Shown here piece after piece: positions 29,301-43,210 of a stretch of DNA of 64,000 bases. Positions within the stretch are counted from its first letter, which is position 1, and every line of letters starts with the position of its first letter. The position numbers were made by a program, and so were the translations under genes. Source of the DNA: the human T2T-CHM13v2.0 reference genome, Homo sapiens; assembly GCF_009914755.1 (NCBI RefSeq), contig NC_060929.1; one strand, written 5' to 3'. Under the pieces are notes generated by a model, which had not been told where the DNA came from, ran no database searches, and worked only from the letters and a program-made list of their open reading frames with translations.

Positions 29301-32300
29301 TGGAAACACTGTTTTTCTCCATCTGCAAATGGACATTTGGGAACTCATTGATACCAATGGCCAAAAAGTGAACTTACCAGCATAAAAAAATAGAAGGAAG
29401 CTATCTGAGAAACCGCTTTGTGTTTTGTGCATTCATCTCCTAGAATTAAACCTTTCTTTTCATTCAGCAATTTGGAATCACTTTTTTTGCAGTATCTGTG
29501 AAGGGAAATTTAGGAGCACATTTAGGCCTTTGGTGAAATATGAAATAAATATCTTCTGATAGAAACTAGAAATAAGCTTTGTGAGAAACTGCTTTGTGAT
29601 GTGCACATTCACATCACAAATGTTTGAATTCATATTTGGGAGAGCATTGAGGCTGATGGTGGAAAAGAAAATATCTTCCGATAAAAACTAGAAAGAAACT
29701 TTATGAGTAACTGCTTTGTGGTGTGTGCATGCATCTCACAGAGTTAAACCTTTTTTGGATTCAGCAGTTTGGGAACACTGTTTTTGTTCATTCTGTGAAT
29801 AGACATATGGGATCTCATGGAGGCCAATGACAAAAAGTGAGTATCTGAGGATAAATAATAGAAGGAAGCTATCTGAGAAACTGCACTGTGATGTGTGCAT
29901 TCATCTTGCAGAGTTACACTATTAATTCAGCAGTTTGGAAACACTGTTTTGATAGAATCTGCAAAGGGGTATTTGTGAGTGCATTGAGGCCAATGGTGTA
30001 AAAGGCAATATCTTCAGATAAAAACTTGAAAGAATCTTTCTGAGAAACTGCTTTATGATGTGTGCATTCACCTCACAGAGTTAAACCTTTCTTTTGATTC
30101 AGCATTTTGGAAAAACTGTATTTTTTTCATTCTGTGAATGGACATTTGGGAACTCTTTGAGGTCAATGGTGAAAAAGCGAATATATCAGGAAAAAATTTA
30201 GAAGCAAGCTATCTGAGAAACCTGTTTGTGGTGTGCACATTCATCTCCTAGAGTTAAAACTTTTAATTCTGTCAACAGTTTGGAATATCTGTTTTTACAG
30301 TATCTCTGAAGGGATATTTGGGAGAGTTTTGAGGCCTTTTATGAAATAGGAAACATCTTCAGATAAAACCTAGAAAGAAGCTTTCTGAGAAATTGCTTTG
30401 TGATGTTTGCATTCATTTCATAGAGTTAAACGTTTCTCTGGATTAAGCAGTTAGGTAATAATTTTTTATTCCATTCTGAGAATGGACATTTTGGAACTCA
30501 TTGGGACCAATGGTGAAAAAGCAAATATCCCAGGATAAAAACTAGAGGAAAGCTTTTTGAGAAACCACTTTGTGATGTGTGCCTTCATCTCACAGAGTTA
30601 CACCTTTCTTTTTCCTCAGCAGTTTGGAAAACCTGTTTTGGTAGAATCTGCAAAGAGATAATCGGAGTGCATTGAGGCCTATGGTGAAAAATGAAATAAA
30701 TTCAGAAAAAGCTAGAAAGAAGCCTTCTGAGAAGCTGCTTTGTGATGTGCACTTTCTTCTCACAGAGTTAAAACTTTCTTTGGATTCAGCAGTTTGGGAA
30801 CACAGTTTGTGTCCTTTCTGCGAATGGACTTTTGGGAACTCTTTGAGGCCAATGGCATAAAAGAGAATATCCCAGGAATAAAACTAGAAGGAAGTTCTCT
30901 GAGAAACTGCCCTGCAATGTATGCATTCATCTCCTAAATTTAAACCTTTCCTTTCATTCAGCGGTCTGGAAACACTGATTCTGTAGAACCTGCAAAGAGA
31001 TATTTGGCAATGCATTGAGGCCTACAGTGAAAAGGGAAATACCTTCAGGTAAAAACCAGAAAAAATATTTCTGGGAAACTGCTCAGTGATGTGTGCATTC
31101 ATCTCCTAGAGTTAAACCTTTCTTTTAGTTCAACAGTTTGGAATCACGTTTTTTGCAGAATCTGTGAAAGGAAATTTGGGAGAGCTTTGTGGCCTTTGAT
31201 GAAATAGGAAATATGTTCAGATAATAACAAGAAAGAAACTTTCTCAGAAACTGCTCTGTGATGTGTGCATTCACCTCACAGAGTTAAACGTTACTTTGGA
31301 TTCAGCAGTTTGGAAATGCTGTTACTGTCCATTCTGCAAATGGACATTTCTGAACTCTTTGAGGCCAAAGGCGAAAAAGCAAATATCCCAGGATAAATAC
31401 TAGAAGGAAGCTATCAGAGAAACCACGTTGTGATGTGTGCATTCATCTCACAGAGTTAAACTTTTTATTCAGCAGATTGGAAATACTGTTTTGCTAGAAT
31501 CTGCAAAGGGATATTTGGGAGTGCCTTGAGGCCTATGGTGAAAAAGGAAATATCTTCAGATAAAAGCTAGAAAGAAGCTTTCTGAGAAACTGCTTTGTGA
31601 TGTGTGCATTCCTCTCACAGACTTAAAAATTTCTTTGTATTCAGCAGTTTAGAAACACTGTTTTTGTCCATTCAGCGAATGGACATTTGGCAACTCATTG
31701 AAGGCAATGGCAAAAAAGTCAATATCCCAGTATAAAAACCAGAAGGAAGCTATCAAAGAAAAAGCTTTGTGATGTGGGCATTTTTCTCCTAGAGTTAAAA
31801 CTTTCTTTTCATAGTGCATTTTGGAATCACTTGTTTTGCAGTATCAGTGAAGGGAATTAAGGAGCACATTCAGGCCTTTGACAAAATAGGAAACATCTTC
31901 AGTTAGAAAGAAGAAATAAGCAGTCTGAGAAACAGTTTTTGAATGTTTGCATTCAACTCACAGATTAAACTTTTCATTGGATTCAGCAGTTTAGAAACCT
32001 TTTTTTGTCCATTTTGTGAATGGACATTTAGGAACTCATTGAGACCAGTGGCAAAAAAGGGAATATCCCAGGATAAATGCTAGAAGGATGCTATCTGAGA
32101 AAACGAATGGTGATATGTGTATTCATTGCACAGAGATAAACTTTTGTTTTCATTCAGAAGTTTGGAATCACTTATTTTGCTATATCTACAAAGGGAAATA
32201 TGGGAGCACATTGAGGCCTTTGATGAAATAGGAAATATCTTCAGATAAAAACTTTGAAGAAACTTTCTGAGAAACTGATTTGTGATGTTTGCATTCACTT

Positions 32301-35300
32301 CAGATACTTAAGCATTTCTTTGAATTCAGCAATTTGGAAACACTGTTTTTGTCGATTCTACGAATGGACATTTGGGAGCCCATTGAGGCCAATGGCAAAA
32401 AAGTGAATATCCCAGGATAAAAACTAGAAGGAAGCTATCTGAGAAACCACATTGTGATGTTGCACTCATCTCACAGAGTTAAACTTTTCTTTGGATTCAG
32501 CAGTTTGGAAAAAATGTTTTTGTCCATTCTGCAAATGGATATTTGGGAGCTCATTGGGGCCAAATGAGAAAAAGTGAATATCCTAGGATAAATACTAGAA
32601 GGAAGCTCTCTGAGAAGCTGCTTTGTGATGTGAGCATTTATGTCACAGAGTTCAACATTTATTTTCGTTCAGCAGTATAGAAACACTGTTTTGGTAGAAC
32701 CTGCAAAGGGATATTTGGGAGACCATTGAGGCCTAAGGTGAAAAAGGTAATATCTTCAGATAAAAATTAGAAAGAAGCTTTCTGAACAATGCTTTGTGGT
32801 GTGTGCATTCATCTCACAGAGTTAATCTTTTCTTTGGATTCAGCTGTTTGGAAACACTGTTTTTTCCATTCTGCAAATGTACATTACAGATCTCCTTGAG
32901 TCCAGTAGCAAAAAAGCAATTATCCCAGGATAAAAACGAGAAGGAAGCTATCTGAGAAACTGCCCTGTTATGTGTGCATTCATGTCACAGAGATAAACCT
33001 TTCTTTTCTTTCGGCAGTTTGGAATGAATTTTTGCAGTATCTGTGAAGACAAATTTGGGAGCGTGTAGAGGCCTTTGATGAAATAAGAAGTACTTTCAGA
33101 ACAAGACTTGAAAGAAGCTTTCAGAGAAATTGCTTTGAGATGTGTGCATTCACAACACAGACATAAACATTTCTTTCAATTCAGCATTTTGGAAAGACTG
33201 TTTTTGTCAATTCTGTGAAAGGACATTTCGGAGTTCATTGAGGCCTATGATAAACTGACTATCCCAGGATAAATACTAGAAGGGAGCTATCTTAGAAACC
33301 ATGATGTGATGTGTGAATTCATCTCACAGAGTTAAACTTTTCTTTTCTTTAGCAGTTTATAAACACTGTTTTGGGAAAATCAGCAAAGGGATATTTTGTA
33401 GCGCATTGATGCCTATGGGGAAAAATAAAATATATTCAGATAAAATCTAGAAAGAAACTTTCCTAGAAAATGCTTTGTGATGTATGCATTCATATCACAC
33501 AGTTAAAACTTTCTTTGGATTTAACATTTTGGTAAAACTGTTTTTGTCCTTTCTGCGAATGGACAACTGTGAACTCATTGAGGCAAATGGTGAAAAAGTG
33601 AATTTCCCAGGTTAAAAACTAGAAGGAAGCTGTCTGGGAAAAGGCCTTGAAATGTGTGGATTTATATCCTAGAGTTAAACTTTTCTTTTCATTCAGCTGT
33701 TTGGAAACACTGTTTTGGTAGAATCTGAGAAGGGATGTTTTGGAGCCCATTCAGGCCAATGGTGAAAAATGAAATATGTTCAGATAAAAACTAGAAAGAA
33801 GCATTCAGAGAAACTTCTTTGCGATGTGTGCATTCAACTCAAAAAGATAAACGTTTCTTTGGATTCAGCAGTTTGAAAACACTGTTTTTGTCCGTTCTGT
33901 GATAGGACACTTGGGAACTCGTTGAGGCCAATGGCAAAAAAGTGAATATCCCAGGAAAAAAACTAGAAGGAAGCTATTTGAGAAACTGCTTTGTTACGTG
34001 TGCATTTGTCTCCTACAGTAAAACTTTTCTTTTCATTCAGCAGTTTGGAATCACTATTTTTGCAGTAACTGCAAACGGAAATTTCAGAGCACAATAAGGC
34101 CTTTGAAGAAATAGGGAATATCTTCAGATAAAAACAAGATAAAAGCTATGTGTGAAACTGTTTTGTGATGCATGCATTCATCTCACAGAGTTAAACTTCC
34201 TTTCTTTTCATTCACCAGTTTGGAAACACTGTTTTGACTGATAAAAGCTAGAAAAAAGCATTCTGAGAAACTGCTTTGTTATGTGTGAATTCAACTCACA
34301 GAGTTAAACCTTTTTTTGGATTCAGCCATTTGGAAACCCTGTTTTTGTCCATTCTGTGAATGGACGTTTGTTAACTCATTGAGGCCAAGGGTGAAAAAGT
34401 GAAAATCCCAGAATACAAACTGGAAGGAAGCTGTCTGAGAAACCGCTTAGTGATGTGGGCATTCGTCACCTAGAGTTAAAACTTTCTTTTCATTCAGGAA
34501 TTTGGAATCACAATTTATGCAGTATCTGTGAAGGGAAATTTGGGAGCGCATTGAGGCCTTGGCTGAAATAGGAAATTTCTTCAGACAAAACCTAGACAGA
34601 AGTATTCTGAGAAACTGTGCTGTGATGTGTGCATTCAATTCACAGAGTTAAAACTTTCTTTGGATTAATCAGTTTGGAAACATTGTTTTTGTCCATTCTG
34701 TGAATGGACATTTATTAACTCATTCAGGCCAATGGCAAAAAAGTGAAAATCCCAGGATAAAAACTAGAAGGATCAATCTGAGAAAGCACTTGTGAAATGT
34801 TCATTAATCTCACAGAGTTAAACGTTTCTTTGGATTCAGCAGTTTGGAAACACTGTGTTTGTCCTTTCTGTGAATGGACATTTGGGAGCTCATTGAGGCC
34901 AATGGCAAAAAAAAAAAAAAAAAATACCAGGATAAATAGTAGAAGGAAGCTAAGTGCAAAACCACGTTGTGATGTGTGCAGTTGTCTCCTAGAGTTCAAC
35001 CTTTCTTTTCATTCAGCAGTTTAGAATCACTGTTTTTGGAGTATCTGCGAATGGATTTTTTAGAGCGCATTGATGCCTTTGATTAAATATGCAATATCTT
35101 CAGATAAAAACTAGAAAGAAGCTTTCTGAGAAACTGTTTTTTGATGTGTGCATTCCTCTCACCAGGTTAAACGTTTCTTTGGATTCAGCAGTTTGGAAAA
35201 AATGTTTTTTTTTCCATTCTGTGAATGGACATTTGGGAACCCATTGAGGCCAAAGGCAAAAAAGTGAATATCTGAGGGTAAAAACTAGAAGGAAACTATC

Positions 35301-37275
35301 TGACAAACCACTTCTTGATGTGTGCATTGATGTCCTAAACTTAAACTTTTCTTTTCATTCAGCAGTTTTGATTCACTGTTTTGGTAGAATCTGTGAAGGG
35401 ATATTTGGGAGCATTTTGAGGTCAATGGTGAAAAAGGAAATATCTTCATATAAAAACTAGAAAGAAGCTCAATGAGAAGCTGCTTTGGGATGTGTGCATT
35501 TATCTCATGTAGTTAAGCCTTTCTTTAGATTCAGCAGTTTGGAAACACTGTTTTCTTAGAATCTGCAAAGAGATATTTATTAGTGAATTGAGGCCTAAAG
35601 TGAAAAAGCAAATATTTTCAGATAAAAACTAGAAAGAAGCTTAATGATAAACTGGTTTGGGATACGGGCATTCATCTCACAGAGTTAAACCTTTCTTTGG
35701 ATTTAGCTGTTTGGTAACACTGTTTTTGTCCATTCTACAAATGGACATTTGGGAGATCATGGAGGCCAAAGGCGAAAAAGAGAATATCCCAGGATAGGAA
35801 CTAGAAGGAAGCTATTTGAGAAACTGATTTGTGTTGGGTGCATTCATCCCACAGAATTAAACCTTCCTTTTCATTCAGCAGCTTGGAAACACTGTTTTTG
35901 TAGGATCTGCAAAGGGATATTTGGTAGCGCATTGAGGTCTCTGTTTAAAAAGGAAATATCTTCAGATAAAAACCAGAAAGAAACTTTCTGAGAAACTACT
36001 TTGTGAAGTGTGCATTCACCTCACAGACTTAAACCTTTCTTTGGAATCAGCAGTTTGGTAACACCGTTTTTGTCCATTCTGTGAATGGACATATGGGAGA
36101 TCATTGAGGTCAATGGCGAAAGTGTGACTATCCTAGGATAAAAACTAAAAGGAATTTATCTGATAAACAGATTTGTGATGTGTGTATTCATCTCACAGAG
36201 TTAAACCTTTCACTCCATTCAGTAGTTGGGAAACACTGTTTTCTTAGAATCTGCGAAAAGATATTTGGTAGCACATTGAGGCCTATAGTGAAAATGGAAA
36301 TCTCTTTAAATGAAAACTAGAAAGAAGCTTAATGAGAAACTGCTTTGGGATGTGTGCATTCATGTGACAGAGTTAAACCTTTCTGTTAATTCATCAGTTT
36401 GGTAACACTGTCTCTGTCCTTTTGTGAACGGACATTTTGGAGCCCATTGAGGCCAGTGGTGAAAAAGAGATTACCCCAGGATAAAAGCTTGAAGGAAGTT
36501 CTCTAAGAAACTGCTTTGTGATGTGTGCATTCGTCTCAGAGAGTTAAACCTTTCTTTTCATTCAGCAGTTTGGAAAAACTGTTTTGTAGAATCTGCAAAA
36601 GGTTATTTGACAGTGCACTGAGGCCTATGGGGAAAAAGGAAGTATCTTCAGATATAAATTAGAAAGAAGATTTCTGAGAAATTGCTTTCTGATGTGTTCA
36701 TTCACCTCACAGCATTAAACATTTCTTTGGATGCTTCTGCTTGGAAACACTGTTTTTGTCCATTCTGTAACTGAATATTTGGGAGCTCCTTGAGGCCAGT
36801 GGTGAAAAAGCAAATATCCCAGGATAAAAACTAGAAGCATGTTATCTGTGAAACTGATTTGTGATGTGGGCATTCATCTCACAGACTTAAAAGTTTCTTT
36901 CAATTTAGTGGTTTGGAAACACTGTTTTCTTAGAGTCTGTGAAGAGGTATTTTGTAGCGCAATGAGGCCTACAGTGAAAAAGGAAATATCTTCACATAAA
37001 AAGTATAAAGAACCTTTCTGTGACACTGCTTTGTGAAGTGTATATTCATCTCACAGAGTTTAGTCTTTCTTTGTATTCAGCAGTTTGGTAACACTGTTTT
37101 TCTCCATTCTGCAAATGGACATTTGGGAACTCATTGAAGTCAATGGCAAAAAAGAGATTATCCCAGGTTAAAAACTAGAAGGAATATACCCGATAAAATG
37201 CTTTGTGATGTGTCCATTCCTCTCACACTGTTAAACCTTCCTTTTCATTCAGCAGTTTGGAAAAAGGGTTTTTAT

Positions 37276-37340
37276 TTTTTTTATTATTTTTATTTATTTA
37301 TTTATTTATTTACTTATTTATGTATTTATTTTTATTATTA
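37276..37340. repeat. (TTTA)n microsatellite derived from the L1 poly(A) tail
   Basis: TTTATTTATTTATTTATTTACTTATTTATGTATTTATT lies between the TSD and the L1 3' end. Confidence 0.9.
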
Positions 37341-37560
37341 TACTTTAAGTTTTAGGGTACATGTGCACATTGTGCATGTTAGTTACATATGTATACATGT
37401 GACATGCTGATGTGCTGCACCCACTATCTCGTCATCTAGCATTAGGTATATCTCCCAATGCTATCCCTCCCCCCTCCCCCCACCCCAAACAGTCCCCAGA
37501 GTGTGATATTCCCCTTCCTGTGTCCATGTGATCTCATTGTTCAATTCCCACCTATGAGTG
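37276..37560 (-). mobile_element. 5'-truncated LINE-1 3' end (~220 bp plus tail), L1PA2-like
   Basis: Reverse complement of the L1 3'UTR (TATACTTTAAGTTTTAGGGTACATGTGCACATTGTGCA..CTCGTCATCTAGCATTAGG..GTGTGATATTCCCC..GTGATCTCATTG). TSD AAAAAGGGTTTTTAT at 37,261-37,275 and 37,561-37,575. Confidence 0.95.
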
Positions 37561-40500
37561 AAAAAGGGTTTTTATAGAGTCTTTGAAGGGATACTTGTCG
37601 GCACATTGAGGCCTATGGTGAAAAAGCAAATATCTTCAGATGAAAACTAGAAAGAATCATAATTAGAAACTGGTTTAGGGATGTATCCATTCATCTCACA
37701 GAATTAAACCTTTCTTTGGATTCAGCAGTTTGGAAATACTGCTTTTGTCCAATCTGCAAATGGGCATTAAGGACCTCATTAAGGCCAGTGGTAAAAAAGC
37801 AAATATACCAGGTTAAAAACTAGGAGAAAGTTACCTGAGAAACCACTTTGTTTGTGTGCATTCATCTAAAAGAGTTAAACCATTCTTTTCATAAGGAAAT
37901 ATATTTGGATAAAAACTACAAAGAAGCTTTCTAAGATACTGATTTGTGAAGGAACCATTCATCTTACAGAATTAAACCTTTCTATGGATTCAGCAGTTTG
38001 GAAACACTATTTTTTCCATTCTGTGAATGGACTTTTGAGAGCTCATTTGAAGCCAAGGGCAAAAAAGGAAATATCCCAGGATAAAAATTGGAGGCACGTT
38101 ATCTGAGAAACTGATTAGTGATGTGTGTATTCATCTCACAGAGTTATACTTTTCTTTTAACTCAGCAGGTTGCAAACGAAGTTTTGGTAGAATATTTGGA
38201 GGGATATTTGGGAGTGCTTTGAGTCCTATGGTGAAAAGGGAAATATCTTCAGATAAAAACTAGAAAGAATCAATCTGAGAAACTACTTTGTGATGTGTGC
38301 ATCCATCTCACAGAGTTAAACATTTCTTTGGATTCGGTAGTTTGGAAACACTATTTTTGTCCATTCTGCAAATGGACATTTAAGAGCTCTTTGAAGCCAA
38401 TGGCGAAAAAGTGAATATTCCAGGATAAAATCTGCAAGGAAGCTATCTGAGAAACCGTTTTTTCATGTGTGCATTCATCTCCTAGGGTTAAACATTTATT
38501 TTCATTCAGCAGTTTTGAATCACTGTTTTGTAGTATCTGCAAGGGAAATTTGGGAGCGAATTGAGGCCTTTGATAAAATAGGAAATATCTTCACATAAAA
38601 CCTGTAAATCTTTCTCAGAAACTGCTTTGTGATGTGGGCATTCATCTCACAGAGTTAAACATTTCTTTGGATTCAGCAGCTTGGAAGCACTGTGTTTGTC
38701 CATTCCGTGAATGGACATTTGGGAGCTCATTGAGGCCAATGGCAAGAAAAGGAATATCCCAGGATAAAAACTAGAAGGAAAGTATCTGAGAAACTGCTTT
38801 TTTATCTGTGCATTAATATTGAAGAGTTAATCATTTCTTTTCATTCAACAGTTTGGAAAGACTGTTTTGGTAGAATCTGTGAAGGGGTATTTGGGAGCAT
38901 ATTGAGGCCTATGGTAAAAAAAGGAAATACCTTCAGAGATAAACTAGAATAAATGTTTCTGACAAACTAAGTGGTTTGTGAGGTTTGCATTCATCTCACA
39001 GATTTAAACGTTTGTTTGGATTAATCTGTTTGGAAACACTGTTTTTGTCCATTCTGGAATGGATATTTGGGAGCTCAATGAGGCTAATGGTGAAAAAGCG
39101 AATATCCCAGGATAAAAAATAGAAGGAAGCTATCTGAGAAACCACTTTGTGATCTGTGTATTTGTCTCCTAGAGTTAAAACTTTCATTTCATTCAGCAGT
39201 TTCAAATCACTGGTTTTGCAGTATCTGCACAGGGAATCTTAAGTGCACATTGAGGCCTTTGATGAAATAGAAAATACCTTCTGATAAAAGCTAGAAATAA
39301 GCTTTCTGAAAAACTGTTTCATGTTGTGTGCATTCATCTCACAGAGTCATACGTTTCTTTCAATTCAGCAGTGTGGACACACTCTTTTTGTCCATTCTGC
39401 GAAAGGACAGTTTGGAACTCATTGAGGCCAAATGCAAAAAAGTGAATATCCCAGGCTAAAAAAATAGAAGGAAGCTATTGGAGAAACTGCTTTGTGATGT
39501 CTGCATTCATGTCCTAAACTTAAAGCTTTCTTTTCATTCAGCAGTTGGGAAAGACTGTTTTCATAGAACCTATGAAGGGATATTTGGGAATGCATGGAGG
39601 CCTACGTTGAAAAAAGAAATTATCTTCAGAGAAAAACTAGAACACATTTTCTAAGAAACTGTTTCAGGATGTGTGCATTCATCTCACAGAGTTAAATGTT
39701 ACTTTGGATTAATTTGTTTGGAAACACTGTTTTTTATCCATTCTGCGAATGGACATTTGGGAACTCAATGAGGCCAAAGGAGAATAAGTGCTTATCCAGG
39801 ATAAAAAGTAGAAGGAAGCTATCTGAGAAACTGCTTTGTGATTTGTACACTCATATTGCAGAATTAAACATTTCTCTGAATTCAGTGATTTGGAATCACC
39901 ACTTTGGTAGAATCTGTGAAGGGATATTTGGGAGCACATTGAGGCCTATAGTGAAAAAGGAAATATCTTCATATAAAAACTAGAAAGAATCTTTCTGAGA
40001 AACTGCTTTCTGATTTGTGCATTCACCTCACTGAGTTAAACCTTTCTTTGGACTCAGCAGTTTGGAAACACTATTTTTGTCCATTCTGTGAATGGACATT
40101 GGAACTCTTTGAAGCCACTGGTGAAAAAGCGAATATCCCATGATAAAAACTAGAACAGAGCTATCTGAGAAACTGCTTTATGATGCATGCATTCATCTCC
40201 TAAAGCTAAACCTTTCTTTTCATTCAGCAGTTTGGAATCACTGTTTTTGCAGTATCTCTGAAGGGGTGTTTACGCGACCATTGAAGCCTATGGTTAAAAG
40301 GGAAATAACTTCAGATAAAAACTAGAAATAATCTTTCTCAGAAACTATTTTGTAATGTGTGCATTTAACTTACAGAGTTAAAGTTTTTTTTATATTCAGC
40401 AGTTTAGAATTACTGTTATTGCAGTATCTATGAACGGATACTTGGGAGTGCGTTGAGGCCTACGGTAAAAAGGAAAACATCCTCAGAGAAAAACAAGTTA

Positions 40501-41919
40501 GAATCTTTCAGAGAAACTGCTTTGTGATGTGTGCATTCATCTCAAAGAGTTAAAATTTCTTCTTATTCAGCTGTTTCAAAACTCTGGTTTTGTCCATTCT
40601 GCTAATGGACGTTTGGAAACAAACTCATTGAGGCCATTGGCGAAAAAGAGTATATCCCAAGATAATAACAAGAAGGAAGCTGTCTGAGAAAGTGCTTTGT
40701 GATGTTTGCATTCACCTTACAGAGTTAAACCTTTCTTTTCATTCAGTAGTTTGGAAGCACTGTTTTGATAGAATCTGTGAAGGGACATTTGGGAGCACCT
40801 TGAGGCCCATGGTAAAAAATGAGATAGCTTCAGATAAAAACAAGAAATAAGCATTCTGAGAAACTGCTTTGTGACGTGTGCATTCAAGTCTCAGTGTGTA
40901 GACTTTCTTTGGATTCAGCAGTTTGAAAACACTGTTTTGGTCCATTCTGAAAAGGACATTTGGGAGCCCTTTGAGGTCAATGGGGAAAAAGTGAATATCC
41001 CAGGATAAACCTAGAAGAAAGCTATCTGATAAACTGATATGTGATACGTGCATTCATCTCACAGAGTTAAACTTTTCTTTTCACTCAGCAGTTTGGAAAT
41101 ATTGTTTTGGTGTAATCTGTGAAAGGATATTTGGGAGTGCTTTGAGGCTGACGGTGAAAAAGGAAATATTTCCAGATAAAAACTAAAAGGAATCTTTATG
41201 AGAAATTTCTTTGTGATGTGTGCACTCACCTCACAGAGTTAACCCACACTTTGTATTCAGCAGTTTGGAAACTGTTTTTGTGCATCCTGTGAATGGACAT
41301 TTGGGAACTACTTGAGGCAAATGGCATAAAAGGGAACATCCCAATATAAAAAGTAGAAGGAAGTTATCTGAGATAGCGCTATGTGTTGTGTGCATTCATC
41401 TCTCAGAGTTAAACTTTTTTTACTTCAGCAGTTTGGAAGCACTTTTTTGGTAGAATCTGTGGAGGCATATTTGGGAGAAACTTGAGGCCTATGGTGAAAA
41501 AAAAAATCTTCTGAAAAAAACTAGAAAGAAGCATTTTGAGAAACTGCTTTGTGACAAGTGCATCAACTCAAATAATTAAACCTTCCTTTGGATTCAGCAG
41601 TTTGGAAAAATTATTTTTGCCCATTCTGTGAATGGATATTTGGGAACTCATTAGGCCAATGGTGAAAAAGTGATTATCCCAGGATAAAAAATAGAAGGAG
41701 GCTATATGAAAAACTGCTTTGTGATGTTGGCATCCATCTCCTAAAGTTAAACTCTTCTTTACATTCAGCTGTTTGCAAACACTATTTTAGTAGAGACTTT
41801 GAAGGGATATTTGGGGGCACATTGAGGCCTACAGTGAAAAAGGAAATATCTTCAAATAAAAACAAGAAAGAAGCATTCGGGGAAACTGCTTTGTGATGTG
41901 TGCATTCACTTACAGAATT

Positions 41920-43210
41920 AAAACTTTCTTTGGATTCGTCTGTTTGGAAACACTGTTTTTGGCCATTCTGTGATGGACGTATGGGAACTCCTTGAGGCCA
42001 ATGGCGAAAAAGTGAATATCACAGTATAAAAACTAGATGAAGCTATCTGAGACAGCACATTGTGATGTGTGTATTCATTTTGCAGTGTTAAACTTTTCTT
42101 TTCATTCACCATTTTGGAAACACTGTTTTGGTTGAATCTGCAAAGTTAGGTTTGGGAGTGCATTGAGGCCTATGGTGAAAACGGAAATACCTTCAGATAA
42201 AAACTAGAAAGTAGCTTTCTAAGAAACTACTTTGTGATGTGTGCATTCATCTCACAGAGTTAAACGTTTCTTTGCACTCAGCAGGCTGGAAACACTGTTT
42301 TTGTCCAATCTGCAAATGGGCATTAGGGAGCTCACTGAGGTGAAAGGCAAAAAAGAGAATATCCCAGGATAAATAGTAGAAGGAAGCTATCTGAGGAACC
42401 ATTTTGTGATGTGTGTATTTGTCTTGCAGAGTTAAACCTTTCTTTTCATTCAGCAGCTTGGAAACACTGTTTTGGTAGAATCTGCCAAGGGATATTTGGG
42501 ATCACATTGAGGCCTATTGTGGAAAAGGAAATATCTTCAGATAAAAACTTGAAAGAATCTTTCTGAGAAACTGCTGCGTGATGCATGCATTCATCTCACA
42601 GAGTTAAAACTTTGTTTGGATTTGTCCGTATGGAAACACAGTTTTTGGCCATTCTGCAATGACAATTGGGAACTCCTGAGGCCAATGGTGAAAAAGTGAA
42701 TATCACAGGATAAAAACTAGAATGAAGCTATCTGAGACACTGCATTGTGATGTGTGTATTCACTTCACAGTTTTAAAGTTTTCTTTCTTTTCCTTCACCA
42801 TTTTGGAAACACTGTTTTTGTTGAATCTGTGAAGGGGTATTTGGGATCACATTGAGGCCTACGATGAAAAAGGAAATACCTTCAGATAAAAACTAGAAAG
42901 TAGCTTTCTGAGAAACTGCTTTGTGACGTGTGCATTCATCTCACAAAGTTAAACGTTTCTTTGCATTGAGCAGTCTGGAAACATTGTTTTTGTCCATGCT
43001 GAGAATGGGCATTAGGGAGCTCATTGAGGTGAATGGCAAAAAAGTGAATATCCCTGGATAAATAGTAGAAGGAAGTTATATGAGAAACCATTTTGTGATG
43101 TGTGTATTCATCTCTCAGAATTAAATCTTTCTTTTCATTCAGCAGTTTGGAAAGACTGTTTTGGTAGAATCTGTGAAGGGTATTTGGGATCACATTGAGG
43201 CCTATGGTGA
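41920..43210 (+). repeat. Tandem duplication of a 4-monomer (~689 bp) unit
   Basis: Shared variants TTTTTGGCCATTCTG, CTATCTGAGACA, TTCACCATTTTGG, AAAGTAGCTTTCT, GGGCATTAGGGAG and AAATAGTAGAAGG recur ~685-690 bp apart. Confidence 0.85.

Noticed and set aside
34907-34924. A18 run as a possible retro-insertion tail
   Set aside because: It coincides with the native GGCAAAAAAG A-tract and has no TSD, so slippage expansion is the simpler explanation.
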